Below the pieces are notes generated by a model. It had not been told where the DNA came from, ran no database searches, and was given only the letters and a program-made list of their open reading frames with translations. Below, piece after piece: positions 51,501 through 64,000 of a stretch of DNA of 64,000 nt. The stretch is from Lama guanicoe (Eukaryota), in assembly GCA_013239625.1 (NCBI GenBank), contig MU057332.1:6103001-6167000 (forward strand), given 5' to 3'. Every line of letters begins with the position of its first letter. Within the stretch, counting starts at the first letter, position 1. The position numbers and the translations under genes were made by a program.

Positions 51501-54500
51501 CCTCCTGGGAAGAGAGGGGACACCAAGAGATCTTGCCTGTCACCCTTTCTCTTGCTTGCTTTTTCTCCGTCACAGGCTCCCAGCCCCCCCCCCACAGACC
51601 TTTCCCTTTGGCCATCCTAGAGTCTTCCCTCTGGGGCAGGGTGGGGCTAAGGGCCTGGCTGTTACCTTGGCAACAGAGGTTATGACCTCTTCATGGGCCT
51701 GGACCTCAGCCTCAAAGGCCTGGTGTTTCGGCAGGTGCCTCAAGTTATCTTTCAAGTCCCCAGGAGGGACTGGCTCTTTTAGCCACTGGATTCGCTCCTG
51801 GATCCAGTCCTCAGCCTGGCAGGGGTGGGGACATGAATCTCATGATGCTGATGCTGCCTCAGTTCAGAGACATCCCCCACGCCTGCCCTCAGCCATGCCC
51901 AGGTAGCTGACTGCTGGGCTGGGCAGTGTCTGGTAAATGAGATTCAATGGTTTGAGCCCAGGAAGACACCCCCAGGCCCAGCTGGTCCCCCAGCCACAGG
52001 AAAGGGCTGAGCAGGGACCTTGGGTGGGATCTCATTTTGGAGGTGCAGCTTGCCTGTCCTAGGTTCCTAGACTGCTCTGCTCCCCCTCAGCACCTATGTT
52101 CTGGCTCTTCAAGAGCTTAGGAAGCAGAGGGGTCTCCACACACAGGGTCTTCAAATCAAATGTTCTGGGCTCCAGTATGGCCTCTGGGAAAGTCATTTAA
52201 CTCTCCAAACTTCAGTGTCCTTATCACAGGGCTGTGGTGAGGCCTGAATGAGCCCTTGAAGGCGAACATCATTTGCAAACTGTAAAATGTGCCCAGGTGG
52301 AAGGCACTGGGCTGGGGTGGCCTTCTGACCTGGGTGGTGGCCCTGGTGAAGGCAGCCATCAGCAGGGAGGTGTGCAGGGTGTGTCCCCGGATCTCCGCCA
52401 GCTTCTTCACCATAGCCCGGTGCTCCAGCACTGTGTGGAGCATGTCCTGCGTCCTGGGGCCCCCGAGCATCTTTGCCTGCTCACACAGAGCTGCCTCCTG
52501 TGGGCAGGGTGGTGGGACGGGGGACACAGCCCACTGTTTACCATACAGGGGAGGCTGGAGCAGGGGCTGGCCCTGAGGAAAGCCCTGCCCTCAGCCCTGC
52601 GTGACATAGGGCTGCCCAGTCCTCCCAGCACTACCCCCCAGCTCCCCAGTGACCATGTGATATGCAACCAACTGGCCTCTGTGTCCCTGCAGTGTGATTC
52701 ACCCCATCCCAGGCCCTCCTCTTGTACCACACGCCCAACTCTGCACAGTCAGCCCCAACCAGGCTCCCCTAGCCCCACAGGCCACCCCCAGACATAAGCT
52801 TTACCTGTGGGTTCACACCAAGCACCCTGCATACCCCATTCAGAACTCTCCAAATTTCCCAGACTCCCACCACCCACCTCTGACCACATGCAGGACTCCC
52901 CGGACCCATTACCTTCTCATCCTGGGCCATCAGCACCTTCTGGAAGGTCTTATGCTTGCTGATCAACTTCTCCACCTCTTCCACTGAGCTCCCCAGGGCA
53001 CTGGTTTTCAGGATGACCTGGATCAGCCCACAGAAAAGTCAAAGGGGCCATCAGGGACTATCCAGACAACCAGCCCCCCTCCCCATTTGCAGCCGTCTGG
53101 GCTGAGGCAGTGAACAGCCCCTGGGCTCTGAATCAGGGAAAAAACCAGAAGCCCCAGGAAGCAAGAGAGCGAGTGAGGGGGAGGGGAGAGAGGGAGGAGA
53201 GGGCCCTCTAGGAGGCAGGTATGCCTATTCCAGGATGAGGGCACCTGCCTCCCAGGCTGTGAGGATCTGGTCCAGGTGGCCGCACTTTCTGAGGAAGAGC
53301 TGCTCCTGGTGCACGGCCTGCAGCCTCTCTTGCTTTTGCTCCCAGGCCTGGAACACCTGCTCTCGCTTGTCCCTCAGGGCTCGCAGCCCTTCCTGGACCT
53401 GGGGATGGGCAGTGGGGGAAGCCTGCGCTCAGGAGAGCCACGTGGACCAGACAGAAGTGGATGCTGAGGGAAGCCTCTGAGAAGAGGCTGGTGTGGCACA
53501 GCGGGGCAGGGTGTGAGCACAGTTGTCAGGCGCAGGCTTGGCCAGGATAGGCTGAGGGGGCACCAGACAAGGGGGCCCACCTCCTTGCCGGATGTCCCGG
53601 CAGCCAGAAGCGCCTGCTGGCCCAGCTGGGCGGCGCGCTGGTACAGCTCCTCCTGGGCCTCCAGCTCTGCCCGAAGCTGGTGGTGGGTGCTGAGTTTTAG
53701 CAGGCTGCTGCTGGGCTCCTGGGAGCTCTCCTCCACCTGCAGCTCCTGCCACATGCTGGTCACCCAAGAGGTGTAGTCCTGCACCTGGATCCCAGGGAGA
53801 CAGAGGGAGAGAGTGGGGTGCAGGCTGGGATGGGCTGGGTGGCAGAGAACAAGGCTCTGAGGCACCACGACAGCCCACGTGGATCCACGCACGTACTGGA
53901 GTGGCCCCAAGGCGTCCCAGGTCAGAGCCACAGGTGAGGGCCCTGGGTCACCTGGTTCCCTTGCTGCCATCCAACTCAGTGCTCCCAGGTCCACTAAACT
54001 TCCACAGGTGCCAAGACCAGCCTCCTCCTCACCCACACCGAGACTTCTCTCCATTCTTTACTTTCACTGCCTTTCTTGCTTAGAAGTTCTTCTCCTGCCT
54101 TCCATCCCTTCCAAGTGCACACATTCATCTAGGGCCGAGGCCTTCTTTGCCTCATGAAGCCTTCCCTGGCCCCGACTTGACTTGTCCTCTGAATCTCCAG
54201 TTCAACACTCACAAGTGGCCTTCTACCGATTTGTGTGCAAACGCATGTTAGAGCTGGAAGAGCCTCGAAGCCTTGTCCAAAATCATTGCACAGATGAAGA
54301 AGGGTAAATGGCACAACATGTGTGCGAGAGTTTTGAAACCTCCAAGCGCTCACACACAGTGGATAACAAGCTAGGGGTAAGTGCCTTGCTCGAGCCCACG
54401 CTGCTAGGAAGTGGCAGAGCTAGGTCTCTAAATGCAAGCCTTTCTGCAGTGTCACACTTTGGGCCTTGCAGTCTACCAGGCACTGGGACATGGGGACTCC

Positions 54501-57500
54501 TGGGAGAGCCCAGGGCCAGGCCTGCTGTCCCCATCTGACTCTCTGGGGTGTTGGGTTTATCTCCCAGCGAGACAGGCTCCCTGATGGCAGTGGTCCCATC
54601 TTTCATAGGCTCCATGTCATCCTCCTCTCCCCACCCACAGCTCCTAGCAGAGAGCCTAACACAGAGGTTAAAAAGATGCCTGATCCAGAGGTCACTGTCT
54701 AGGACATTTGGGTCTCCAGTTACGGGCTTTCCTGGGCTGTTTTTCTCCCAAACTCTGGCTGGGACCCCTGTCTCCTGACTGTGCTGTCACTTACCTGGCC
54801 AGGCGGTGATCTAGACCTAAGGAGTCACTGCTGGGACCCATGCTCAGCCCTCTGACCAGCCAGATGGACATCGCACGTGTCTACACTCGTCTTCCATCTG
54901 GAGCTGGAGGGCCTCATTATTGCTTGCACACTCATGGTGCAACACAGACACGCACGCACACATACACACATGCTGCCCTGGGGAATGATGGCTCACCGCT
55001 GTGTGGAAGCGGGCCAGGAGCCCTGCCCGCTCTAGCCGGGCCCGGCGCTGCTCCACATGCAGCTTCAGGGCCTCCCAGGCCTGCACCAGAGCCCGCTGCC
55101 TCTGCTGCACTGCGTGGGCTTGAGGCCTGGGGCCCAGCTTCTGCACGGCGCCTCCAGCCTCCAGCAGCTCCTGCAGCTGGGGACAGGGTAGAGGGTAGGG
55201 AGGGAAGGAGGGAGTCCTCCTAGAGGCTGAAGGGCCTGCTGGTCCCACAGCTCCCTCCGGGGGTCATGCCTTGCCATGCACAATGGGCCCAACTGGCGGC
55301 CCTGAGGGAGTGGGGACAAGCTAGAGAGCAGACGGGCAGGCCTGAGGGGGCCTGCGGGGCCTGCAGTAGGAGAGGCGGCCAGACTGGGCTCACCTGCTGC
55401 TCAGTGCCCACAAGTTCAAGCTCCAGCACCTTGTGCCTCCTCAGCTGGGCCTCCAGCCCACACAGGTTCTGGGCCACGTCACAGGGGAGGCTGGTGGCTT
55501 TCTCCTGAGGAAAGGAGATGGCCAAGGGGATGAGGAACGGAAAGTGGGGTGCTGAGCCTGGGTCCACTTCTAGAAAGGACCCCCTTCCTCCCCCCCAGGC
55601 TCACACCTGGACCTGGGTGAGGGCTTCCAACAGATCTCTGTGAACTTTGAGGGTGATCTCAGCATCTCGGAGCCGGCGGCCACGGGCCTGGGTCAGCTCC
55701 CACAGCTCCGACCAGGCAGCCCTGCCCATAGGTGCGTGGGAGACCCGCAGCACATCAGCTGTTGACCTAGCACCTTGTTCCACCCCCTTGCTAGGCTGGT
55801 CAGCCCACCTGCTCTCTGGGATGCATCTAGGACTGGCCCGAGTCTTCCCTTCTTAACCCCCTCTCCTGTCTGGCCCTGTTCCTGGAGCCTGTCTTTCTAG
55901 CTTCGCTTTGTATTCAGTCCTTTGCTGCTGTCACACTCAGCACTTAACTGATTTCTATGCTTTGTGATACTCCGTTCATCTTGCGCCTTTGAGTCTCAAT
56001 AGGTCAACGAGATTATAATCGCTCGAGCGCAGAGGCCACATCTCCTCTCCATTCCTTATTCACTCAGCAAACTCTCCCTGAGCTCCTAAGGCTTCCACTG
56101 GACCAGGCTCTGTGCTGTGGGTTATGAACAGGGACGACCTTGCCTCAAAGCTCACAGGTTGGGGGAGGCCCCCCACCAGCCAGTAGGCAGCTAGGAAGTC
56201 TTCCCACAGCAACTCATCCAAGTCCTAGGAGCCAGTGGTTTGGAAAAGTGCTGCTGGGGGTCTGGGCAGGGCTCTCTAACCTGCACACCCAGCCTCCCGG
56301 CCCCACCAGCCCAGGGCCACCTGCGGCAGGCTGGGCTTCCCTGGGGGCAGGCCCCTCTACAGAAAGACACCTCAGGGGCAGGCAGAGCCCGGGTGACCCT
56401 GGGAGCACATGCCCTCTCTTAATGCTCCGGGCCCGCTGGGCACTCACTGCAGATCCTGCTGCATCTGCCGAGCCTGGGGGGCAGCACTGTGCCCCTGCTC
56501 CAGCAGGCTCTCCGCCAGCTGCTGACAGGTTGCTACCTGTCGGCCGCCCAGCTCCACTTGATGCTGAAACTTCGCAAACTTGGTGCAGAGACGCTGAAGA
56601 GAGAGGGGAGTAGGTGACAGGGTGGCCCCTAGCTGGTGAGGCAGCAAGTGGCCCGGGGAGAGAGGCACCTCAGTGACGTCTGGGCCATGTGGGTTGGATG
56701 GCCGCAGCGCCTGCCCACTCTAGTCAGAGGGCCTGTCCTCAGCTCCTGACCCATGGCCCCTTCTCCACACAGTGCAGCCGGCCCCCTGGCCCGCAGTGTC
56801 CGGCCTCAGGGCTTCCTCCTTGCTCCAGGCCCCTTCTCACCAGGACGTCCTCGTGGTCCTCCCCAAGGCTCTCTCCTCCTCTGGCTGCCTGCTTCTGGCT
56901 GACCAGCCAGCCCTGTAGCTCCTTGGCCTCCCTCATGAACTCATGCAGCTTTAGGGTTCCTTCCAGCTCCTGGTCCCTGTGGGGATAGCCCGTGGTTCCC
57001 CAGGAGTTAGCCCCCCCACCCCGGGACAACTGGCCCAGCCAAGATGGATGACCTGAAGGAGGACCTAGTTAACTCAAAAGACGATATTCAAATTTGTGGT
57101 CTCTGGCCAAGCTTGAGACTCTGGATTCAGGAAGAAGTAAACATAGGAAAGCCAGAGTAGGGCAGGTAAGGGTGTGGATGTGGGGAAGGGATGGGTAGTT
57201 GGGAGCTAGAGGGTAGGAGTTCCTGCCCAGTGAAATTATGGAAAGAGGGGATCAACACAGCAAGGAATCACCTGACAGCTCTGTGGGCCTGGGGTCATGG
57301 GCCCCTTAGAACTCAGGGTTACCGTATGGAAACAGTCAACTGTGGCTAGGCCCCCTAAACCTTGGGGCACAGTAACCCTCACCGTATGGCTGCCAACTCC
57401 TGCAGTGCCCGCAGCCGCTCCTGCAGCCTCTCCCACACCATGCGTAGCTGCGCAGGGGCCTCAGGGCCAGTGAGGGTTTGGGCCCTCTGTTCAAGCTCCT

Positions 57501-60500
57501 CCAGGGAGCTCCAATAATGAGCCAGTTCCTGTTGCAGGGCCTGCCAGCACACAGGGACCTGTGCCAGGCTCAGGCTGGGTGATTTGTTCATCCACCCATC
57601 CATCCACCTGTCCATTCAACTGTTGATAACACACCCATACATCTTCTCCTTCCACTCATCCACCCACCGGCTCACTCACCCATCCTCTCACCCCACCCCA
57701 TCTGCTCACTCATGCACCCATCATCCACCTACACAATAGGGATGGAGTTCTGACTATACCATGAGGTGAAGACACAGAGCCCCCGCAGAGGGCTCACTGT
57801 TTAGCAGGGAAGAGTGAATGCTGGGTAATGTGGGCCAAGGAAGACAGGGCATGGGAGGCACTGTACTGGGCCCCAGCATCACAGTATGAAAATGGACAGA
57901 GTTAAGCAAGCTGCCCAGGATGCCCGGGATGCCGAAGCTCCACGAGGCCAGGGCTATGGCGTACCCCCTGAGGAACGGCTCACTGAAAGTCCTCAGGCAC
58001 AGGACCCTGAAACATTGACCGTTAGGGCTATGTAGATGAAATGCCCAGACAGGAGGAAACTTCCATGACCAGAGGAACCAGGACTCCTGTGGGGTCCAGG
58101 GCTCGTGTGCGGTTCTGAGAGTCAGATTCCAGAAAGGAGGAGGGGTGCTCCAGGTCTCCCTCGCTTTAATCAGGGATGCTTGTGAGGGGAGGTAGGTTTC
58201 AGGAAGGGCATTTGGTTAATTCAAAAGATGACATTCAAACTATAGGAGGAAGAAACCTGTAGAAGATGTGGGGATGGTGGGAACAGGTGATCCTGAGACA
58301 GAAGAGAAATGCCTGGGGAGGAGAAGCAGGAAGAGAAGGCAAAGACATCCTGGGGCCACAGGAGTGTGGCTGCTACAGAGATGAGGAGGAGTGGACTCCT
58401 CAAAGGGGTGGCCTCTGAAGAAGGAAGCCCTGTGAGGAGCAAGGGGCCCTAGAGGATCTGGGTGGGAGTGGGGAAGAGGCTGGACAGTCTCCAGGAAAAG
58501 AGCAGGGCTTTGTGCTTCTGAGAAGCTGGATGTGCCCTTTGTGCATGTGACAGATGCGTTCCTCACAGCCCGGGATCACTGTGGTCCAGACCATGCCAGG
58601 GATGCTCAGGACACAGTACCTGGTGCTTCCTGATGAGCCTAATGGTGACTGTCTCGTCCCCGCCGTAGTCCTGCCCGCTCACCAGCGGCCACTGTTCCTC
58701 TGCCCAGTCCTCCAACTCTGACACATCCAGGAAATACTGCCAAGAATGGTGCCAACTCACCCTGACGATCTCAGATGGGCCCCTCCAGCACCCCTTGAGG
58801 GCATCATGCCCTGCTCTCCAGCAGGCAGCACAAAGAGGCTTCTGTGCCCTCAGGCACCAGGCAGCTCTGGGCCCAGACCTCTCCCCACTGACCCAGCTCC
58901 CTGAGAGTCCCAGGTCCCACACACCTCGCTTAAGAGGCTACCAACTTTGGCTACTCCCCCAACCCCGTGCTCTCTGCATCCTACCTGCTGGAGAGCAACA
59001 ACATGCTGCAGGCGCTGGGCCTGCACCTCACATGCCTGCTCCAGCTCTGCCCAGCGGCCTTCCAGCTTCTGGCACTGCTTCATGATATGCTGGGCCTGGG
59101 GATGCCCCGAGGCTGCGAGGCTTTGCCCAGAACCCAGCACCCATTGCAGGTGTCCCTGGTGGCCTTTTACCTCTGCCCAGAGTACCTGCCAAAGAAGAGC
59201 ATGAGGGGCTGCCGCCTCCAGGGTTCCCTTAGCCACATTGTGCCCGGAACAGAGCCGTGGATGCAGCTCTGGGGCCCAATCATGGCAAAACTTACAGGCA
59301 GAGAAGGGCTGGAGGCAGGGACTTGGAAATCAGGGCTCCCTGAGGAGTGGCAGTGCAGAGCATCTAGGGTCTGGGAATGGAATGTCAGGGATCCTGGAAG
59401 AAAACTGAGACCATTACCTTGTGCTTGCGGAGAAGCCTGTTCGCACCATTCAAGTCTTTGGCAGAGCTGGCACTGGGTGCTGGCATGTGCTCTGCCACCC
59501 ATGTGAACTCCGTGTCACTCAGGTGGTAAAACTGACACAGCTCAACCGAGGCCTGCAGCTGTATTCGCCGGGCGGCCAGATGTCCCTGCAGGGACTCGAA
59601 CCTGGGTGGAGGGAGGAGATGGGAGAGGCTGGGAACAGGTGAGGTCCAAGGCTCAGTCCTTTCCTCGGAGCAGCCAGGGACCCACGAGGAATGAGGCAGG
59701 GGATGCGGAAGCCTCATTTGATGAAGGGGAGGCAGCTGGAGAGGGCCCCAGGTGCAACCTCTCGCCCAGCTGAGCCAGCTGGCTTCAGGCTGTGGGGTGC
59801 TTAGGATGTCTGGCTGGGCTCTCTGACCCTCCTATCCCAGGAATGGCTCTACTCATAAGGGAAGGAGGTTTGGACAACCTCAGGGTTTCCCTGCTGGGCT
59901 CACTGGGTGAAACCATCTCATGTTCACATGGTGGCAGTTACACACGATAGGATGGAGACAGAAGAAGCAGGCGAGTACCTCTGGAGGTACTTTTGGGTTT
60001 CCTCCACGATGGTCTGGGACTTAACCACCTGGTGGGCCTGGGAGACGAGGGCAGCCATCTTGCTGGCCAGCGCCTGGCTCTCGCCCTCCAGCTGGCGGTG
60101 CTGTTTCTGCAGCCTCCGGCTCGAGCCCAGGTCCTGCCCCAATTCTGCACTCTGCAGGGCCCCCTCTAGCTGCTCCATCTTCTCCTTGGCTTCCTGGGGA
60201 GTGAGGTGGGCCGCTGCATTAGGCTCTCCACGTCCAGGCTAGCAGGCAGCCCTTCTCGGGCTCTAAGGCTGCAGGGCTTGTAGCACATAGGATTCACCAA
60301 GGACTTCTGAAGACTTCTGTCCCTGCCATTGTCCACCCTCCACCCTTGGTGCCCAAACCTTGTCCCAGAGTCTCATGAATACCCCCGACCCCTTACACTT
60401 CTTCCTCTCTGGGGGACTCCAGTTGTGCTGACCACACACGGGCACACAGGAGACAACCTGGATTGGCCAATGATGGTTAAAGCCAGGCTTAACGTGCCGG

Positions 60501-63066
60501 AGGCCAGAGGCCACCAAAGCTGCAGGACTTCCCAGGGCCGCTTGAGTCAGCAGACCACCCAGACTCCTCCTCTCCCCTTCCTGTCCTGTCTGTTCCCAGC
60601 CCACCCCAGCCTCAGTCTCCCTCCCTTCCCGTGCTCTACCCTTCTCTTCGGCCGACCTGTAGCAGCCCCAGGAGCTGGTCCTGTCGCAGAGCCCGCCGGA
60701 GCTGCTTCCCAAGCTCCGCCACTTTGCGGTGCAACTCTTCCCACTTGCCACTCAGGCCCTGGAGCGCCACCTGCACGTCCTCCTGGGCATGGGGCCAGCT
60801 GCTCAACAGCCCTCTCCCAACCTGCAGTGGACACAGAGGCCCCGGGTATCCTGTTGAGCTGCAGGTACCCGGAGTGGCAGTGGTGGGCTGGGCCTGGGCG
60901 GGGTAGGGAAGTGGGGGTGGCTGTAAGCTGCACCTCACAGGCCTCAAGGGCTCGGGCTGTTTGTGTGGCCCCAGATCTGTGGGCAGAGGTGGGAGGGCTT
61001 TTCTCTGATGCCCACAAATAGTGCGGGGGGAGCAGGCACCAGATTGCTGGTGGGAAGGGCTGTGCTCAGGTGGAGGCGGCAGGTTCTGGGGCTGCCTCGG
61101 AGAGTTGAAGGGAAATGAGGATGGCAACTTTCTGGGCCAGTTTGGGTACCAAGACCAAGGGTGCCTGCTGAGCGAAGGGCAAAGCTAGGGGATCATAATT
61201 TCATGGTAAGTGAGGTTGATTCTTCCTTCAGGGAGTGTGTTCCATGAAAACATGCTGTGAAGCTGGAGATGTGAAGCCAAGTAGGCCCTGTACCCTGTGC
61301 CCAGTGTCCCACACCTGCTGCAGGCCCTCCACGTGCCCACGGGTGGCCCGCAGCTCGCGCTCAACTGCTTCGTGCCACTTGAGTTTCCACAGGATGTTGC
61401 CAGGGTCTTGGGAGCACTTGTCCACCACCATCAACCCCTTCTCCTCCAACCATAGCATCAGCTCCGCCATGTCCTGCTTCCATTCCTGCCCCAGAATAGG
61501 GAGAGAGTGGGTGTCACAGAGTGGGGACGAAGACAGGTATGAGGTCCTCTGGGGAAGGGGTTTCAGGGCCCCCAGGGGAAGAGCAGGATGAGGAGTCTAT
61601 CCAGGGGTATAAGAGAGTCGAGGCCTGGGGTCAGGGAAACCGAGATGGGGAGAAAAATATCTCAAGGAAAACAGCTCAAGAGGCCTGGAGAATCAGGGTC
61701 CGGCCCCACGGCACCCTGTGCCCAGAGAGAAGGAGCGCCTGGCCAGGTCCCCACCGTTCAAGGTGCATCAGATCACATACGGCCCTCTGCCTCCAGACAG
61801 GCTTAGGCTCCAGGAGGCCTGTGGACTGGCTCAGCTCTGAGCCCCCATGTGGGCAGAATAAATATCTGACAAAGCTGAAGTCTACAGCTGGAGCCCATGG
61901 CCCATGCAAGAGCCTGGAGTGTGGCCAGAATGGGGACACATGGGGGCGGGGAGCATTGGATGAGGGAGGGTGAGGGGTTATTCAAGAAGCCTAGGCTTTG
62001 TGCCCAGTCCTGCCTCCGAGCGGTGTGGCCTCAGCCTCAGTTTTCTTCATCTGGAAACATTAGAGCCATAATGCCTGTCTCACAAGAGGTGATGGGAGGG
62101 TCAGTGACATTAACGTGTGAGGAAGTGCTCTGTCAACTGTAAAGTGCTCCGCATAGCACACAGTTGTTAGTGTGGCAGAGGACTCAGCCTTTGCCCCTGG
62201 GGAGGCCTCAGGCACCAGGGCCGGCCCCTCACCTGGAGCTGGAGGGAAGCCAGCAGCTGCCTCCTCCTCTGCTCGCTCCGCTCCTGGACCCTGATCCACT
62301 GCACCTGGATGCTCCGCAGCTGCTCTCTGACCCTGGAGGGCAGCGGAGTAGGGGAGGGTATGGGGAGGCTCCACTCCACCTGAGGCCCACCCTAAAGGTG
62401 GGGCCCACTGCAGCTCAGGGTGCCCCACTGTGCCCCCACTCCCTGCACACTCTCTCAGCCTCAGGGCAACAGGCTGGGTATGCTAAGAAACCTGGGGCAT
62501 GCAGGTGCGGCCCAGACAGGCCCAGGCTCACTTGTGAACAGCAGGGTGTTGTCTCTGAGCCAGCTTCTTGCCCCGTGCCTGTAGATCCTCTGCCCGAAGG
62601 CCAAGGGCACCCAGGAGCTGTCCAAACTCCTGGTGCCGCTGCAACAGGCTCTGGGCCTCCCCTACGTCCTCCTGGGGATGCAGAGACTGAGGTCATGGCC
62701 CGGCGAATGGGGTCAGCACCATCTCACCCACTGCCAATCCAGAGGCCTCCCTCCCAGACTGGCTTCTAAGCTCCTACTTCCTGGGGAAGTAGCACCCCAG
62801 CTGCACACTCCCAACTCCGTACCCCAAGGCTGTCCAGCTGTAGGAAGTTGGCCTCATGGTTGGCACAGGTGGCAATGAAACCATCTACTTCTCGACCAAA
62901 CCTCTGCAACTCCAGCCCCTCGTGCAGCTGCTGCTGTCTCTGCTCCCAGGCAGCCTTCAACCCCCGGCCTTGCTGGCCCAGGAGCCTCAGAGCACTGGCT
63001 ACCTCTCGGGAGTCTGCGGAGTCCGAGGCTGCCATGCGTTGGCCCTGAGCCTCCAGCTGCTGCAGC
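33514..63066 (-). CDS. SPTBN5: Spectrin beta, non-erythrocytic 5 (beta-V spectrin), 5'-partial; rod exons intact, PH region disrupted or rewired
   Basis: 44 open, in-phase rod exons (5' to 3'): 62823-63066, 62532-62671, 62233-62332, 61315-61485, 60657-60821, 59979-60193, 59418-59601, 58985-59185, 58620-58736, 57383-57540, 56841-56976, 56448-56593, 55607-55721, 55394-55504, 54997-55176, 53581-53784, 53249-53398, 52913-53017, 52330-52497, 51666-51815, 51313-51504, 50988-51083, 49379-49494, 49170-49284, 48279-48392, 47944-48065, 47532-47694, 47109-47297, 46756-46833, 45997-46169, 43981-44071, 43690-43836, 42935-43072, 42597-42853, 42261-42447, 41835-42047, 41189-41385, 40864-41068, 40442-40636, 39141-39296, 38732-38949, 38373-38562, 37969-38145, 37705-37803. 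Then 37349-(37215/37140/37060), 36653-36739, 36471-36559, 36245-36327, 34988-35081 and a tentative last exon 33514-33733. Spectrin-repeat signatures: FFRDADEELAWVREK, DYGQDLEAV, LLWKHK. Confidence 0.95.
35140..35484 (+). mobile_element. MLT1A-like MaLR solo LTR
   Basis: CATATGTTGAAATCCTAACCCCAAGGTGATGGTATTAGGAGG...GCCCTTATAAAAGAGACC...CAGAACTGTGAGAAATAAAC...AGACTAAGA. Confidence 0.85.
39370..39640 (-). mobile_element. L1 3' end with poly(A) tail (artiodactyl-type)
   Basis: T-rich tail then AAAGTATAGTTGGTGTACAATATTATATAGG...GGTTATACTCCATTTAT...TAATAGTTTGTACCTC...CCCTGGTAACCA. Confidence 0.8.
41474..41644. mobile_element. MER5-family DNA transposon
   Basis: AGTGGTTCTCAGCCTGGCTG...GATCACCTGAGAG...AAGAATCACTG terminal repeats. 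Confidence 0.65.
43140..43270 (+). mobile_element. MIR fragment
   Basis: CTAGCTGTGTGATTCTCAGGCAAGTTCCTTAACCTCTCTGAGCTCATTTTTC. Confidence 0.6.
43565..43605. repeat. 18-bp tandem duplication (x2.3)
   Basis: CACTGAGACTTCGCCATC CACTGAGACTTCGCCATC CACTG. Confidence 0.9.
44227..44368 (-). mobile_element. Camelid-type tRNA-derived SINE (Vic-1-like) with 15-bp TSD
   Basis: Minus strand GGGTGGGGTATAGATCAAGCGGTAGAGCGTATGCTTAGCATGC...GAGGTCCTGGGTTCAACCCCCAG...A-tail; A and B boxes present; TSD CTGGGCTTTCCTTTG at 44212-44226 and 44369-44383. Confidence 0.85.
44423..44783 (+). mobile_element. MLT1B-like MaLR solo LTR
   Basis: TGTTATGGGCTGAATTGTGTCCCC...GTTAAAATGAGGTCATTAGG...GAGAAATAAAC...GCAGCCCTAGCAAACTAATTCA; TG..CA ends; near-perfect 5-bp TSD GTGCC/GTGTC. 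Confidence 0.9.
49322..49354. repeat. Short tandem repeat (11-12 bp x3) in a 94-nt SPTBN5 intron
   Basis: CTCCAGCCCGT CTCCAGCCCCGT CTCCAGCCCC. Confidence 0.7.
50480..50760 (-). mobile_element. Old L1 (L1MC/MD-like) 3' end
   Basis: TTTTGAAATAATTGCAGATGCACATGAAATTGCAAAAGTAGTACAGAGAAGTCCCATG...GTGTAACCACCACC. Confidence 0.75.
50770..50925 (-). mobile_element. MIR SINE
   Basis: CCCCATTTTAAAGATGAAGAAACTGAGGCTCAGAGAGGTGAGGGCACCTGCCTAAG. Confidence 0.8.
57588..57735. repeat. Degenerate (CCAT)n/(CCAC)n low-complexity tract
   Basis: CATCCACCCATCCATCCACC...CACTCATCCACCCACC...CATCATCCACC. Confidence 0.65.
61990..62170 (+). mobile_element. MIR SINE
   Basis: GCCTCAGTTTTCTTCATCTGGAAAC...AATGCCTGTCTCACAAGAGG...ACTGTAAAGTGCT. 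Confidence 0.6.
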
Positions 63067-64000
63067 CTGTCCAGGACAACAGGCAGAGATGGTCAAACTC
63101 TATCTGCTCCTCTGGCCAACCTTCCTCCCCGCTTGCCTCCACATTCTTTCATCTTCAAGTTCTGATGTGAGGGTAACTGGTTAGCCCAGGAGCTTCACAT
63201 GCCCCGTAAGACAGCGGTGCCCTGCCCTCTAGTGAGACATCAAATGTAACAAGCCCGGCACGGCACTGGGACTCACTAGTTCCCATGCTCCCTGCCGTGT
63301 CACACCTTTGCTCCAGTTGGCCATGCTCATGGTGATGTCCAGGCAAGTGGATACGTTGGGGCAGCACAAACCAGAAAAAAATCACTCAAACCACTTCCCT
63401 GCCTGACTGCAGGGCCCAATGGAGCCTGGAGCAATTAGGAAAGGTGCCCCTCTCTGCTGGGTGCAGCCCATAGGCTCACTGCTTGGGAACAGGTGACACC
63501 TTTGTGTGAATTAGGAAAAGGCTCCCCTTCCCTGAGCTGATGCAGCCCTGAAGTGGGTAGTAGAGTCTAGCGAGCAGGGGCTGGGCTGTATTTCAGTGCC
63601 TGCTTGGCCACCTGTCAGGCTCCTTCACGTGAGGCACAGTCTGTTTGCAGTGGCCCTACCTGCCTGACAGGCCTGAACCATCACCCCTGCAGGAAATGAG
63701 GTGGCATCGCCATACCGAGGAGCTAGGTGTCCCAGGGGGACCCTGAGCCATTTGACTCCAGGGGCCAGTGGGGTCCTCATTACTCATAATAGGTGTGGAG
63801 GCTAGGCCTCCCTGGCAAAGCAATACATCAGGCCCACCTGGATGGGGTGTGGTCAGGCCTGGACTGGACAGAACCTTCTAGGAAGCTCAGATTCTGCTCT
63901 GGGTCCCTCCCCAAAGTATGTAGGATGTCTGACAAGTCCTTGGTTAGACCCTACTCTTTGTAAACCTGCCTTAAGCACCATGCCAGACACAAGCCTGGGC

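Noticed and set aside
37705-63066. SPTBN5 as a whole-gene pseudogene
   Set aside because: All 44 rod exons traced are open, in phase and flanked by AG and GT(GC) sites; the lesions are confined to the PH tail.

Overview
Mammalian genomic DNA, most likely a camelid (a camelid-type tRNA-derived SINE with a perfect 15-bp target-site duplication lies at 44227-44368). The window carries the conserved block MAPKBP1(+) - JMJD7(+) - PLA2G4B(+) >< SPTBN5(-). By hand I traced 28 MAPKBP1 coding exons (5' part outside the window; two assembly gaps fall inside exons), complete JMJD7 (8 exons, 316 aa), complete PLA2G4B (20 exons, 783 aa) and about 51 exons of SPTBN5 (5' part outside the window). The most notable observation is at the 3' end of SPTBN5. 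All 44 spectrin-rod exons are open and in phase, but the PH-domain region is damaged: an in-frame TAG sits in the first PH exon, the expected donor before it is missing, and the hallmark PH tryptophan is lost. A GGG|GTAAGG donor in the adjacent 80-nt segment would splice out the stop in frame, while a competing consensus donor gives a premature stop, which suggests an exon/intron swap with a productive-versus-NMD choice. Other points: the JMJD7 poly(A) signal is MIR-derived, a JMJD7-PLA2G4B read-through is phase-compatible, MAPKBP1 has an 18-nt microexon, there are three GC-AG introns and a 69-nt in-frame retainable intron, and the gene ends are tightly packed. Human peptides used for comparison are from memory and need alignment. 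No prokaryote-type system (CRISPR, operon) is present.
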